Of a stretch of 64,000 bases of DNA, positions 51,601-63,592 are shown one piece after another; position 1 is the first letter of the stretch; every line of letters begins with the position of its first letter. A model generated the notes under the pieces. The model worked only from the letters and a program-made list of their open reading frames with translations, did not search any database and was not told the origin of the DNA. The position numbers and the translations under genes were made by a program. This DNA is from Macrostomum hystrix (lineage: Eukaryota > Animalia > Platyhelminthes), in contig CATNEN010000001.1 in NCBI GenBank assembly GCA_950097015.1, positions 22,010,001 through 22,074,000 of the forward strand. Direction: 5' to 3'.

Positions 51601-54600
51601 GCGCGTCGTCGGATTCGTCAGTCTCATGACCGGGAGGCTGCAGCAGATGATGATGATGAAGCAGGTGCTCATCGTCAGCTGGCAGGTTCTCGCCAACTGT
51701 GACAGTCGATGCCGGATGGAGGCAATAATGACCGGCGGACTGCGACAAGTCGGCCGACGTGACGTTCGCAGCAGCGGCGGCGGCGGCAGCGGCGGCAGCA
51801 GCAGCAGCAGCGGCGGCATTCTGCTGGGCTCGCTTGCGAAACAATTCGGCGAATTCCACTCGTCGGCGGGCGTTGCTGGTTAGCGTGTCCTGCTCGGACG
51901 ACGGCATCGGCGGGCCGGTGGCGACTGCCGAGTCTGAATCGTCTATGGTAGTTGACGCCGGCGTGAATTTTAATAACGGCGGCTGCTGCTGCGGCGTTGG
52001 CGGGGGCGTTGGAGGTGTTGGTCGCTGCTGCTGCTGCTGCTTAGAAAAACTGAAAGACGACTGTGCAGCAGCCCCTACGCGAATGGTTTCAACGGTGACT
52101 TGTCGGCGACCGCCGCCACTGCCGCTGTCACGACTGTCCTGATGTTGCAAACCCGCGCTACTGCCTGTTGATGCAGTCGCAGTGGCATCAAATTTCCCTG
52201 ATACTTTCAGTTCTCCGCCATTCCCCACGTACTGACGATCGTCTTCCATTTCATCTTCAGCATCGGCAGCTTCGGCGGCCATTCCTGACACGGCCGATTT
52301 GGAAGGGACACCGTCGGCTAGGTCGCCGTTGACGCTGCTTCGGCGACTGCTGGCACCGCTGCTGCTGCTGCTCATGTTTGAGTTGTCGGCTAGGGAACCC
52401 AGACTCAGGGCCGATGGAGACTGAAAATCATTGGCATTTTTCATATTATTGAGGTCCTGTCAATTAAATTAGGATCCAGAAATTCGTCAGAGGCGGTGGT
52501 GCTCAATGGAATCTCATAATTTCTAATAAGATCTTGTCATTTCTAATGGAATCTTGTCATTTCTAATGGGATCTTGTCATTTCTAATTGGATCTTGTCAC
52601 TTCTAATTGGATCTTGTCACGTCTAATAGGATCTTGTCATTTCTAACGGGATCTTGTCATTTCTAATGGTAGCTTGTCATTTCTAATGGGATCTTGTTTT
52701 ACATCCCATTATAAGTTGGGATCTACTCGAACTTCTTATAGGATCTAGTCACTTAATGGGATCTTGTCATCCCTAATAGGATTTTGAAACATTTGCAGGG
52801 ATTTTTGTTATAAAAATTAGGACACTGGTTAATGCTGAGATTTAGGAAAACAAATTTTTAAAACTCTGCCCACCTGTTTCGGTATTGACAATCTTATAGA
52901 CTGCAGCTTCTTGTTTTCAAAATTTGGCTGCACCTGCTGCTCCTTATATTCATCCGAGTCGCAATTGTCTGCGGCATTCGAGTTGGTCACAATCGGCTCG
53001 AATTTCACCACTGTGGCTGTAGACTCCGAGTACCGCTTTGATGGCCGACGCTTTCTAGTGCAGGCCGATTCGACAGCAGCAGCGGCAGCAGCGGCAGCTG
53101 TTGTGGGAGACTGAGTCACTGCAACAGACGATTGTGGACTGGACGGAGCTGGCGAAACAACGGGCGTTTCGTCCGGCACCGGGTCGGGTATCTGCTTGTT
53201 CTTGGCCTCAATGAAGCTCTTGATTCGCTCCTTCTCGTCCACCACTGCGTGCTGCTGCTGCTGCATGGAGTCGGCGCCAACGGCGGCCGATGAGGAAGAC
53301 ACCCGACGCCGACGAAGACAGCTACGAGACGGTGTCGGCAATAGAGTCGACGACACAGTCGTCAGAGCTGGCCCCGATGCTGCGACAGTCGTCAGCGACG
53401 ATGCTCCAACCGCCGCCATTGACGACGCTGTGGATGCTGACAAAGTTGAAGCTGGACTCTTTGAGGACGACGGCTTCTTCTTGTTGTTGTTGACAACAGA
53501 GGAGGCCACCGAGGAACCGCCCGAGCCGGAGGCTGCGGCTGTGGGCGACACCAGGCCGCCCTGCTCAGAGGCGGCGGTGCTCATAGGCAGAGTCCGGCGT
53601 AAGGACTTGCTGCCTGAGCCACTCTTGACTGAGGACTTCACTACACGTCGACTGGACGAGTTCTGCTGGTTCGAATGCGGCGGCTGCTGATGTAACCGAC
53701 TGTTGGCGTTGGCTGTTGCGAAAGGGTTGACGGGTTATAGAGGCTTGAATGTAATTAATTGATAATATTGCACCAAACTCTTGATTAATCATTCAAGATT
53801 AGACAGGTCTCACTGCCAAAGTCAAGAATTTTGCATTAAACGTTAAGCAAATTAATTTATTTTTATCGCCTGAAAGCACATTTTATAACGCACAGAGCAC
53901 AACTGGACCAGGACAGTTTTAAAAGTGCATAAATCGACACACACAAACGCATTATAACAGTTCGCTACACTCCCTTGGACATTGTACAGATAAACTAATT
54001 TTGAAGACAAAAACGGCTAAGCGAGGTTTCAAGTAGAAAAGGCGAAAAGTTCTAATTATAAATGTCACATATTTTACTGATATTTGGGTAGCATTGTGGA
54101 GAGTGTAAAAGTTGAAAAGAGACAGACTATGTAGGGAAAAAAAACTATACACTAAACTTAAGAGAAAAATCCCTGAACGAATAGCAGCTGGTGGACCGCC
54201 CACTCCCCTACCCCAATGTCCCCAGTCAAACTGTCAGTCCAGGCTAGCAAAGCCAGAGCTTTATAAAAGTTCAGGCAGTCACAATTCAGTCGTGTTTCGT
54301 GTCGCGTCAACTTTACTTTTACTAACGCGTTGGGGGGCAAAGTATTAATTTTGTGCAGTCGAGAACTGCAGTGAAATTAGGAAAATATGATACAGCGAGG
54401 AGAATGACCGGAATCATGACAATAGTGCTACAGCTATATCAATTGTTATATGCATTCTATTAGCATTTATGCAGACAGAAAGACATCCAGATACCCAGAA
54501 CAGACCAACAGGCAGACAGAGAGTTAACTAGGCAGTCAGGCAGACAGTATGACGATGACAAAAGAACAAAAGATTAACACAATGCTACTTCAAAACACAT

Positions 54601-57600
54601 CATTTCACCTGGTTAAAAACGGCATTCACAAAATTAATGATCAAAATAATCTTACGTGAAGCATAAAAAGCTAGACACAACTTACAACGGAGGAAATGAG
54701 ACTAGAATAAGGACACGCAAAAGTACATCCCGTTGAGTGGGGAAGAGGGGAAACACGAGAGGCATAGGCGAAATGAAAAAGGACTACAGTGGCGACACAG
54801 TTTTCTGTACAGAGATTTATTATATTATAATGGTTATTCTACGCGCTGAAGTAGGGCAGGGGTCGGCAAACTCCGGTTCGCGGGATAGAAATGCCTCGAA
54901 AAGCTAATAATTATTGTCACAATTTACTTCAATCACATAATTTCCTTACTCAGCTGACTTTTATTCTACCTCTGTGTGTCAACTGTCGGCTATCCCATTT
55001 CTCCAATGTCTCATATCTCTTGTGTCTCATATCTCTCGTGTCTCATCTCTCCCGTGTCTAATCTCTCTCGTGTCTAATCTCTCCAGTGTCTCATCTCTCC
55101 TTTGTCTCATCTCTCGCCTGTATCACATCTCCCGTGTCTCATCTCTCGCCTGTATCACATCTCCCGTGTCTCATCTCTCGCCTGTATCACATCTCCCGTG
55201 TCTCATCTCTCGCCTGTATCACATCTCCCGTGTCTTATCTCTCGCCTGTATCACATCTCCCGTGTCTCATCTCTCGCCGGTATCACATCTCCCGTGTCTC
55301 ATCTCTCGCCGGTATCACATCTCCCGTGTCTCATCTCTCGCCTGTATCACATCTCCCGTGTCTCATCTCTCGCCTGTATCACGTCTCCCGTGTCTAATCT
55401 CTCGCCTGTATCACATCTCCCGTGTCTTATCTATTCTTGTCTCGTCTCCCCAGTGTCTTATCTCTCCGCTGTATCATATCTACCGTGTCTGATTATCTCT
55501 TATATGTCGTACCTATCCCTGTCTTACTTATCCTGTGTTTTATCCCCGTGTCCGATCTTCCTTATCTCATCTCCCACCTATCAAACCTCAAGCAATTAGA
55601 CAGACACATTATTTTCTATGTCAAGCAAGGCAACAAACTGTTAATAAGCATATGCCATGTCCAATGGGTATTAAAACAAGATGACAGCAACAAAACAAAG
55701 TGCACTAATTTATGCTGCGTAGACGTGCAGTTACGAGCTATATATTATTATTGTAAGGATTATGTTCAGATCACGCTTGGATCAAATTATCAGCTTTGTT
55801 ATTATCAATCAGTCACCTAGGCGATGCGGCGGAAATTGCACTAAGTAAAAAATAGTAGGCCCTACTTCTCCTATAATAAACAAGAGACAGCTTTGCACGC
55901 GACTCAGTCATGCGAATAAAACAATAAGGTCAATCCCGGAAAATCCTAGTCTGGCATTTCTTGATTAATAAAAAAATACAGAAAACCACACCCATCTAGA
56001 CTGTTGCTAGGCTATGAATTTCTACAGCCACTGGGTTAATGTTAGGCATCAGTTTGCTACAGATCCTAGCTTGTAACAATAGGAACTAAGGAAGGCCAGA
56101 CACATAAAGAACTACAAGAATCTCAATAGTGGTAAAAGGTTTCGGAATTGTCAAGATTCGGAATTGTCAAGATTCTGAATTGTCAAGATTCTGAATTGTC
56201 AAGATTCGGAATTATCAAGATTCGAAATTATCAAGATTCGGAATTGTTAAGATTCGGAATTGTCAAGATTTGGAATTGTCAAGATTCGGAATTGTCAAGA
56301 TTCGGAATTATCAAGATTCGGAATTATCAAGATTCGGAATTATCAAGATTCGGAATTGTCAAGATTCGGAATTGTCAAGATTCGGAATTGTCAAGATTCG
56401 GAATTGTCAAGATTCGGAATTATCAAGATTCGGAATTGTCAAGACTCGGAATTGTCAAGATTCGGAATTGTCAAGATTCGGAATTGTCAAGATTCGGAAT
56501 TGTCAAGATTCGGAATTGTCAAGATTCGGAATTGTCAAGATTCGGAATTGTCAAGATTCGGAATTGTCAAGATTCGGAATTGTCAAGATTGTGAATTGTC
56601 AAGATTCGGAATTATCAAGATTCGAAATTATCAAGATTCGGAATTGTTAAGATTCGGAATTGTCAAGATTTGGAATTGTCAAGATTCGGAATTATCAAGA
56701 TTCGGAATTGTCAAGATTCGGAATTGTCAAGATTGTGAGAAGCTTCTGTACACTGAGAGTAAAAGTTTTCGGATTGCAAAGGAGTTGAATGTAGACAAGC
56801 CCACAGGGAAATCTCACTATTGTTAGCCGTGACAGTCGATAGCCTGGCCTTGGACTTCTTGCTGTGCGTGGCCACAATCTGCGAGTGCATCTGGCCCAGC
56901 AGCAGCAGGAACAGCAACGGAGTGAGCAGCTCTGCTGAGTGCCAAATCGACCGAGAATCCCCGCCGCTGCTGGCCGCGCCGGCGCTCTCGGAGGGCAGGC
57001 AGAAGAACAGGGCCAGGTGGCACAGGGCCAGAAAGTACAGCACAAGCAGCAGGACAGCGGCACGATGGCTGGTGTGAGTCCGCCACCAGGAAAAGCACAA
57101 TGGCATCAGCAGGGTGCGATAGGCGCCCTTGCCAATCAGAGTGGACAGCTCGTGATCCGACTTGGCTTTGGAGAATGCAGACCCTGCGGTTCAGAAATGG
57201 AGGACTTTGGAAAGACTGGTTTGGAGACCTGGCAATGGGAAGACTGTATTAGGGGATCTGGGGCTGTGGAAATACTGTATTAGGGGATCTGGGGCTGTGG
57301 AAAGAGTTTTAGGGGATCTGGGGCTGTGGAAAGAGTTTTAGGGGATTTGGGGCTGTGGAAAGAGTTTTAGGGGATCTGGGGCTGTGGAAATACTGTATTA
57401 GGGGATCTGGGGCTGTGGAAAGAGTTTTAGGGGATCTGGGGCTGTGGAAAGAGTTTTAGGGGATTTGGGGCTGTGGAAAGAGTTTTAGGGGATTTGGGGC
57501 TGTGGAAAGAGTTTTAGGGGATCTGGGGCTGTGGAGAGAGTTTTAGGGGATTTGGGGCTGTGGAAAGAGTTTTAGGGGATTTGGGGCTGTGGAAAGAGTT

Positions 57601-59927
57601 TTAGGGGATTTGGGGCTGTGGAAAGAGTTTTAGGGGATTTGGGGCTGTGAAAAGAGTTTTAGGGGATCTGGGGCTGTGGAGAGAGTTTAGGGGATTTGGG
57701 GCTGTGGAAAGAGTTTTAGGGGATTTGGGGCTGTGGAAAGAGTTTTAGGGGATTTGGGGCTGTGGAAAGAGTTTTAGGGGATCTGGGGCTGTGGAAAGAG
57801 TTTTAGGGGATTTGGGGCTGTGGAAAGAGTTTTAGGGGATTTGGGGCTGTGGAAAGAGTTTTAGGGGATCTGGGGCTGTGGAAATACTGTATTAGGGGAT
57901 CTGGGGCTGTGGAAAGAGTTTTAGGGGATCTGGGGCTGTGGAAAGAGTTTTAGGGGATTTGGGGCTGTGGAAAGAGTTTTAGGGGATCTGGGGCTGTGGA
58001 AAGAGTTTTAGGGGATTTGGGGCTGTGGAAAGAGTTTTAGGGGATTTGGGGCTGTGGAAAGAGTTTTAGGGGATCTGGGGCTGTGGAAATACTGTATTAG
58101 GGGATCTGGGGCTGTGGAAAGAGTTTTAGGGGATCTGGGGCTGTGGAAAGAGTTTTAGGGGATCTGGGGCTGTGGAAAGAGTTTTAGGGGATTTGGGGCT
58201 GTGGAAAGAGTTTTAGGGGATCTGGGGCTGTGGAGAGAGTTTTAGGGGATTTGGGGCTGTGGAAAGAGTTTTAGGGGATTTGGGGCTGTGGAAAGAGTTT
58301 TAGGGGATTTGGGGCTGTGGAAAGAGTTTTAGGGGATTTGGGGCTGTGAAAAGAGTTTTAGGGGATCTGGGGCTGTGGAGAGAGTTTAGGGGATTTGGGG
58401 CTGTGGAAAGAGTTTTAGGGGATCTGGGGCTGTGGAAAGAGTTTTAGGGGATTTGGGGCTGTGGAAAGAGTTTTAGGGGATCTGGGGCTGTGGAGAGAGT
58501 TTTAGGGGATTTGGGGCTGTGGAAAGAGTTTTAGGGGATTTGGGGCTGTGGAAAGAGTTTTAGGGGATTTGGGGCTGTGGAAAGAGTTTTAGGGGATTTG
58601 GGGCTGTGAAAAGAGTTTTAGGGGATCTGGGGCTGTGGAGAGAGTTTAGGGGATTTGGGGCTGTGGAAAGAGTTTTAGGGGATTTGGGGCTGTGGAAAGA
58701 GTTTTAGGGGATTTGGGGCTGTGGAAAGAGTTTTAGGGGATCTGGGGCTGTGGAAAGAGTTTTAGGGGATTTGGGGCTGTGGAAAGAGTTTTAGGGGATT
58801 TGGGGCTGTGGAAAGAGTTTTAGGGGATCTGGGGCTGTGGAAATACTGTATTAGGGGATCTGGGGCTGTGGAAAGAGTTTTAGGGGATCTGGGGCTGTGG
58901 AAAGAGTTTTAGGGGATTTGGGGCTGTGGAAAGAGTTTTAGGGGATTTGGGGCTGTGGAAAGAGTTTTAGGGGATCTGGGGCTGTGGAGAGAGTTTTAGG
59001 GGATTTGGGGCTGTGGAAAGAGTTTTAGGGGATTTGGGGCTGTGGAAAGAGTTTTAGGGGATTTGGGGCTGTGGAAAGAGTTTTAGGGGATCTGGGGCTG
59101 TGGAAAGAGTTTTAGGGGATCTGGGGCTGTGGAAATACTGTATTAGGGATCTGGGGCTGTGGAAAGAGTTTTAGGAGATCTGGGGCTGTGGGAATACTGG
59201 GTTTGAAGCCCAAGATTGAGTTAAGGGAGGATGGGGAAACTGTTTTTCAGGATCCTTGGGTCAGAATAGTTTGTGTTGGAATGTGTAAGTGTGGGAAGAC
59301 TTTTTTAGGGGATCTGGGACTGGCAGGGCAAGAAAACTAGTTTCGAGGATCTAAGGGTGAGGATAGATTAATTTGGGGATCAGGGAGTGTGGGAAGATTG
59401 GTTTGTGGGGGTCTAGGAGTGTAGGAAAACAGGTTTTGAGGATCTGGGAGCAAATATAGACTGATTTTGGGATTTTATGTGGATCAGTTAAAGAATTCCA
59501 GGCATATTTTTTAAAAGAACAGACTAAAGTTCTGCCATTATTCATGTTACCTCGAACCAAATCCACATCTATGAGCTCTGAATTGAGACCAGTTGCTTTC
59601 TTAGTTGGGCGATTTTCAAGACTCTAAAAATGTGAAGAAATGTAAGTAAAAATATTAGTTTGATAAGTTTGGACTCATAAAAATAATAATAATATTTTTA
59701 ATTAAATAAAATTAATTGTCCTACCTTGAGAATTCTCTGCTCAACACTCTGTTCCCACAGTTGCTGATCATAGTTTGTGATCTAAAACAATTATTTGCAC
59801 ATTCAATATACAATTACAAACATATCTTAGTAATATTGAAACCATTGAGTGCAATCACATTACAACTTACTTTAGATTGATACCAATCAAGAAGTTGTCC
59901 TAGACCATCCCAACTAAACAGTGACAT
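42664..59927 (-). CDS. PHTF: PHTF1/PHTF2-family membrane protein; exons 59927-59871, 59781-59725, 59623-59551, 57183-56818, 53712-52874, 52456-51563, (49910-49794), (48647-48591), 47532-47371, 44643-44158, 43824-43450, 42921-42664; ~1250 aa
   Basis: N-terminal WYQSK/ITNYDQQLWEQSVEQ/ELIDVDLVR/GSAFSKAK and C-terminal AEKAFSQ/RLQYAKHF...RARKYDLPHFRL...IKVWLSLRSYLRKRGPQRS, VLITEQ/LNLYL...KKDEL...NNVL...LLKELDGPFRI match PHTF. All junctions are GT-AG and phase-consistent. The bracketed small exons rest only on splice signals and open frames. Confidence 0.87.
43176..43305. repeat. 17-bp intronic minisatellite (GAGGATTATCGGTGATT)n
   Basis: About 7 copies, degenerate at the edges. Confidence 0.8.
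43880..44132. repeat. Degenerate ~34-bp intronic repeat (AACTCTTATCAGCAGATCAAAGACACCGA)
   Basis: About 7 diverged copies. Confidence 0.8.
44930..45468. repeat. 19/20-bp intronic minisatellite (GAGTCTACTCACGGAAGGGTA / GAGTCTACTTACTAAGGGAA)
   Basis: Two interleaved variants, about 26 copies. Confidence 0.93.
46840..47236. repeat. 20-bp intronic minisatellite (TAACGACTCAAACGCTTTCC)n
   Basis: About 19 copies. Confidence 0.95.
49245..49535. repeat. ~41-bp intronic minisatellite (GGAATGTACATTGGGAGTGAGATAGGTCAGGGTTTGGCTCGGAG-type)
   Basis: About 7 copies. Confidence 0.9.
50272..51193. repeat. 20-bp intronic minisatellite (GAGATTCTCATGTAGGGAGT)n
   Basis: About 46 copies. Confidence 0.95.
52505..52780. 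repeat. 20-bp intronic minisatellite (GGATCTTGTCATTTCTAATG)n
   Basis: About 10 copies plus degenerate flanks. Confidence 0.9.
54857..55580. mobile_element. Truncated relative of the 25494-26316 hAT MITE (opposite orientation) with an expanded CT-rich minisatellite at ~55005-55470
   Basis: Starts CAGGGGTCGGCAAACTCCGG (reverse complement of the 26297-26316 end). The internal TCTCATCTCTCCCGTG array is complementary to the 25.6-26.1 kb array. Second TIR not found. Confidence 0.65.
56141..56735. repeat. 17-bp intronic minisatellite (TTCGGAATTGTCAAGAT-type)n
   Basis: About 35 tandem copies; explains three overlapping spurious ORFs. Confidence 0.93.
57240..59195. repeat. 29-bp intronic satellite (GGGGATYTGGGGCTGTGGAAAGAGTTTTA)n, ~67 copies
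   Basis: Homogeneous G-run-rich array in PHTF intron 3. Confidence 0.97.
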
Positions 59928-60614
59928 ATCTTTTAAGTCTGGGTTCACAGTTAATTGGGTTGCTTTTTAAGATAGACCAGGCTGATTTTGCTGAAATAAA
60001 TAAGACAAACAACAATTTGTTCATTTTCTAAGTAATTGCAGTATTGGAAGAAATATTTTGGCAAGTATCTAGGATTTTAGAACTTTGGATTGAAATTTTA
60101 TTTTTCTAGCAATTAGTTTTAGTTTTAGGATTAAGGTTGAAGAACTTAGTTAAAGTAAAGCTAAGTCCCTATGTTGCCAGGATTGTGATCAGGATCCTTT
60201 TAGACCCAATAACATAAAGCTGTCTAAAAATGTGTTTGGCAAGTAGATGTTTTTTGCCATTACTAAAGAACAAAATAGTTATATTAAATAGTATTTGTTA
60301 AAATTAGCAAGTTATCTATTATATTTTGTAATTATTATTATTATTATTTATATATCAATTTTTTATCAAACCTCAAAGGGCAAAGAAACAAGCAACTTGT
60401 AAACTTATTTTACAAAAAATGTATGCTAGAATAGTGCTAGGTCTAAAGAAACTTTTTAATAAAGCAAAATCTCATACTAGGGGCCTATGTGCCTACTTAA
60501 TGATTACATTACATTAATGGTTACATGGTTATTTAAAATATTGATTTGTTTTATTCAGGCCATCTAAAATTTGTTAGTTCTGCTTCATTGCAAATGGATC
60601 CCATACAAATACAA

Positions 60615-61182
60615 GTAGGATGGCTCCAAAGCTTTTCTTTAGGTAGAGACCACGGCTTAGCTAGCCGCTAGGTATTCCACAATATACTCTCTAGACTCTA
60701 GGTACCCTAAAAAATTTGTACAGCTCGTAGTAGCTGTAGGCCTAGTAGCTGCATGCCTATAGTGGTACCTGGACACTTTGTCATCTTACAACTTTGTCAT
60801 CCAGATGACGATCTGTCCAATATCTCAGAGGGTGGATGACGAAGATACTTAGACTTGTCATCTATAAAACAAAAGTTTTCCAAGTTAGAACAGAACCACC
60901 CCTCCCCACCTCCTCACATCGTGTTGGCACCTATCTTTCAACTCTTATAATGAAATCAGTTTTGACACCTCTTTTTGACAATTTAGAGTGTGAAGTGTGT
61001 TCACACCTCTGCCCCACCACCCCACCCTGACTTTATTGATGACGAACTTGATTGCTTGTTATTAGGCCTAGTAGATGACAAACTGACCAAAATTAAAAAA
61101 GCAAGCCAATTGGCTGGATGACGAAGTGTCCTACCTTCCAAGTGGATGACGAAGTTGTAAGATGACGAAGTGTCTAGGATCC
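60615..61182. mobile_element. Second copy of the Mutator-like MITE (60764-61182) plus ~150 bp of shared left flank
   Basis: Colinear match to 4362-4925. Confidence 0.85.
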
Positions 61183-63394
61183 CACAAATACAAAGTTGCT
61201 TGCATGAATTGTAATGTTACATTTTGTTCCTAATATTTATTTGCTCGTTCATTAACTTACAAAAGTTACTGGTCTACGTAATTAAACTTCACTAATTTGA
61301 AAACATTAGAGAAAGAAACTTTTAAATAATAGTAATATTATGCTTTTGTGGGCAGGGCGGCCTGAACTGAACTCGCGACATGCTTGAGTTTCTTAGTAGA
61401 GTCGTAAAGACAATGTCAATAGTATTTATGTTACGAAAAAACGGAACAACAATTTGAGGCAAGACATAAGGAAACACAAAAAATAAAAAATGCGTGATAG
61501 CCCTTTACAAAAATTTTGCTTTTCTAACGCAAATTCTGGCCTGTCCAGCTGTCCTGCGAACATTGCATGAGAATTTTTAAACTCAATTTCTTTTCTGCAA
61601 GTTAAACTTGGGCAAAATTAAAACTTTTTATCCTAATGTCAATCGCAAAATAAAAAAATAATTTAGAATAAAAAATAATTTCGATCTTTACAAGTAAGAT
61701 GTGAGATGCTACATAAAATGCGTGTACGTCAAAAAGTTCAGCTTTTGTTTAACTGATTAGCTGTAATCGATCCACGCCCAAATTTGAAGAATTCGATGAT
61801 AAGTTCAAGAATTATAAACAGTTCCACGATTCAAAAAAGGCGCCTAGTTAAAGAGCACGCTTCAATTTGAGTAAAAAATCTGTAAGTTTACAGCCTTAAA
61901 GATAATCGTCAACAGTGTGACTATACTTAAGTGCACTTTGTGTATGAATAGTATGAAGTATGAATGAAAACCTTTAACTTGCACGTAATAAAGCTAATGC
62001 TAACATTTTTTAAAGCAACTGCACAGTCTGTACTAATGTTTTCTCTCAGCCACGAACAGAATAATTTGCTAGTCCTGTCGTTCGTCAGAGATGCCCTGCC
62101 TGCAGGCTTTGAGAATACAGCCGAAATTTACAGCTTTGAAATTTAAACGAATTGGCTCGTAATACGTACCATGCTCAAAAAAAACTTTGAAGAAAAGATT
62201 CAAACCTGCAAAAAACTTTTTGCGAATTTCGTCTCCATGCATAGATATTTAGGAACTCGTTTTCCAAGTCGACATCCCTCACACTAGCTCAGCATATATA
62301 GTAGTGGGAATCATGACGCTTAATTAGTTACCAAAAAGTTGTCCAAAGGCGCAAAATCAGGCACAGACATCACGCGTAAAACTGCAGGGCTGCCAAAATC
62401 TGGCAATCACTGGCACAATCTTTTAAACATAGTCACACTGGCTGTTAGACACTAGCTGTAAAGACACTAGCAGAGTCTAAACTAAACTGCCAAATATGAT
62501 AGACACTGTCACAATCTGTTAGATATGCACTACCACTAGCTGTTAGACGCTAGCTGTTAGCTCGTAGACACTGCCACAATCTGTTAGAAATTGTGTCAAT
62601 GTGCCATTATACTTTTTACAAAACGGCTGCAAACGTGTCAACAAAAGTGCTAGCCAAAAAATGGAACAAGGAAGAATGTAAACCAGAATGTATGACAAAT
62701 ATTAAAAGCATCATAAAAAGTTAATTCTGTATATTATATTTTAAAAATGATAAAATTTCGTGTATATATGCCTACTGTGTATAATCTGGGCTGAAAGTAT
62801 ATTTGAAATCAAAATAATCTTACAAATGATTGCACATAATTTGCTGATTGTATAGTTGAGCACAACAAAGACAAAAATGTCACAATGGATGTTAAAATGT
62901 ATAAATAAGACACACGTCAGTCATGGAAAATCAAATATAGTAGAATCAAGTAGATTTACTAAAATCAATTATGGGATTAAATATTCGTTGTCTTAAAATG
63001 GTTGGAAGAATTGTAGAAGAAAAGTCACACAACAGTACAGTCAGTATTGCACATCGACAGAAAAAATGAACTCAAGGTCATGCTTAAAGGAATGAAAAAA
63101 GTTCCGCTTCCGTCACTTAATCGAATTAAATTGCACGATTGCTGCTAGGCATAAATAAAAAACATGATAAGTAACAATATTACTAAGCAAGTATGGACTG
63201 ACGCAACCGCAGGAACACAGCTAAAAAAACAACCCTAGGACGGCGTTGAAATTGAAGATAACCGTTTTTTTCATCTCAAGGGTAATCAATGTAGACAAAA
63301 ACACAATACTTCAACAAACAGTTCTTCACTCGCTTAATTGAAAGCCGTGAAAAGGAAGCTAGCTTTAACTAGCGAAGCAGAGAAGCAGAGCGCT

Positions 63395-63592
63395 AATAGC
63401 GTGTTAGAGTTTTGAGCATCTGTTCTTGGACCCAGAGGTCGGGAGTTCGTATCTCAGCCAAAGAGAAGCAATTTTGTTGTGCCCTTAAGAGAAACACTTA
63501 GTACATAGTGCTTCAGTGTTCACGCAGCAATAAAATGCACAACACTTTTGTGAATGTGTACATCCGCACATGGGCTGATAATAATAATAATA
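63395..63592 (+). mobile_element. Diverged tRNA-derived SINE
   Basis: B-box-like GGGAGTTCGTATCTC, CORE-like GTGCCCTTAAGAGAAACACTT...TGCTTCAGT, (TAA)n tail. Confidence 0.6.

Noticed and set aside
54974-56826. Multiple repetitive ORFs (SHLSPV..., SRFGIVKIRNCQDSEL...)
   Set aside because: Translations of intronic minisatellites antisense to PHTF.
62385-62600. CAGGGCTGCCA hAT-like terminus followed by short repeats
   Set aside because: No matching second TIR or TSD found.
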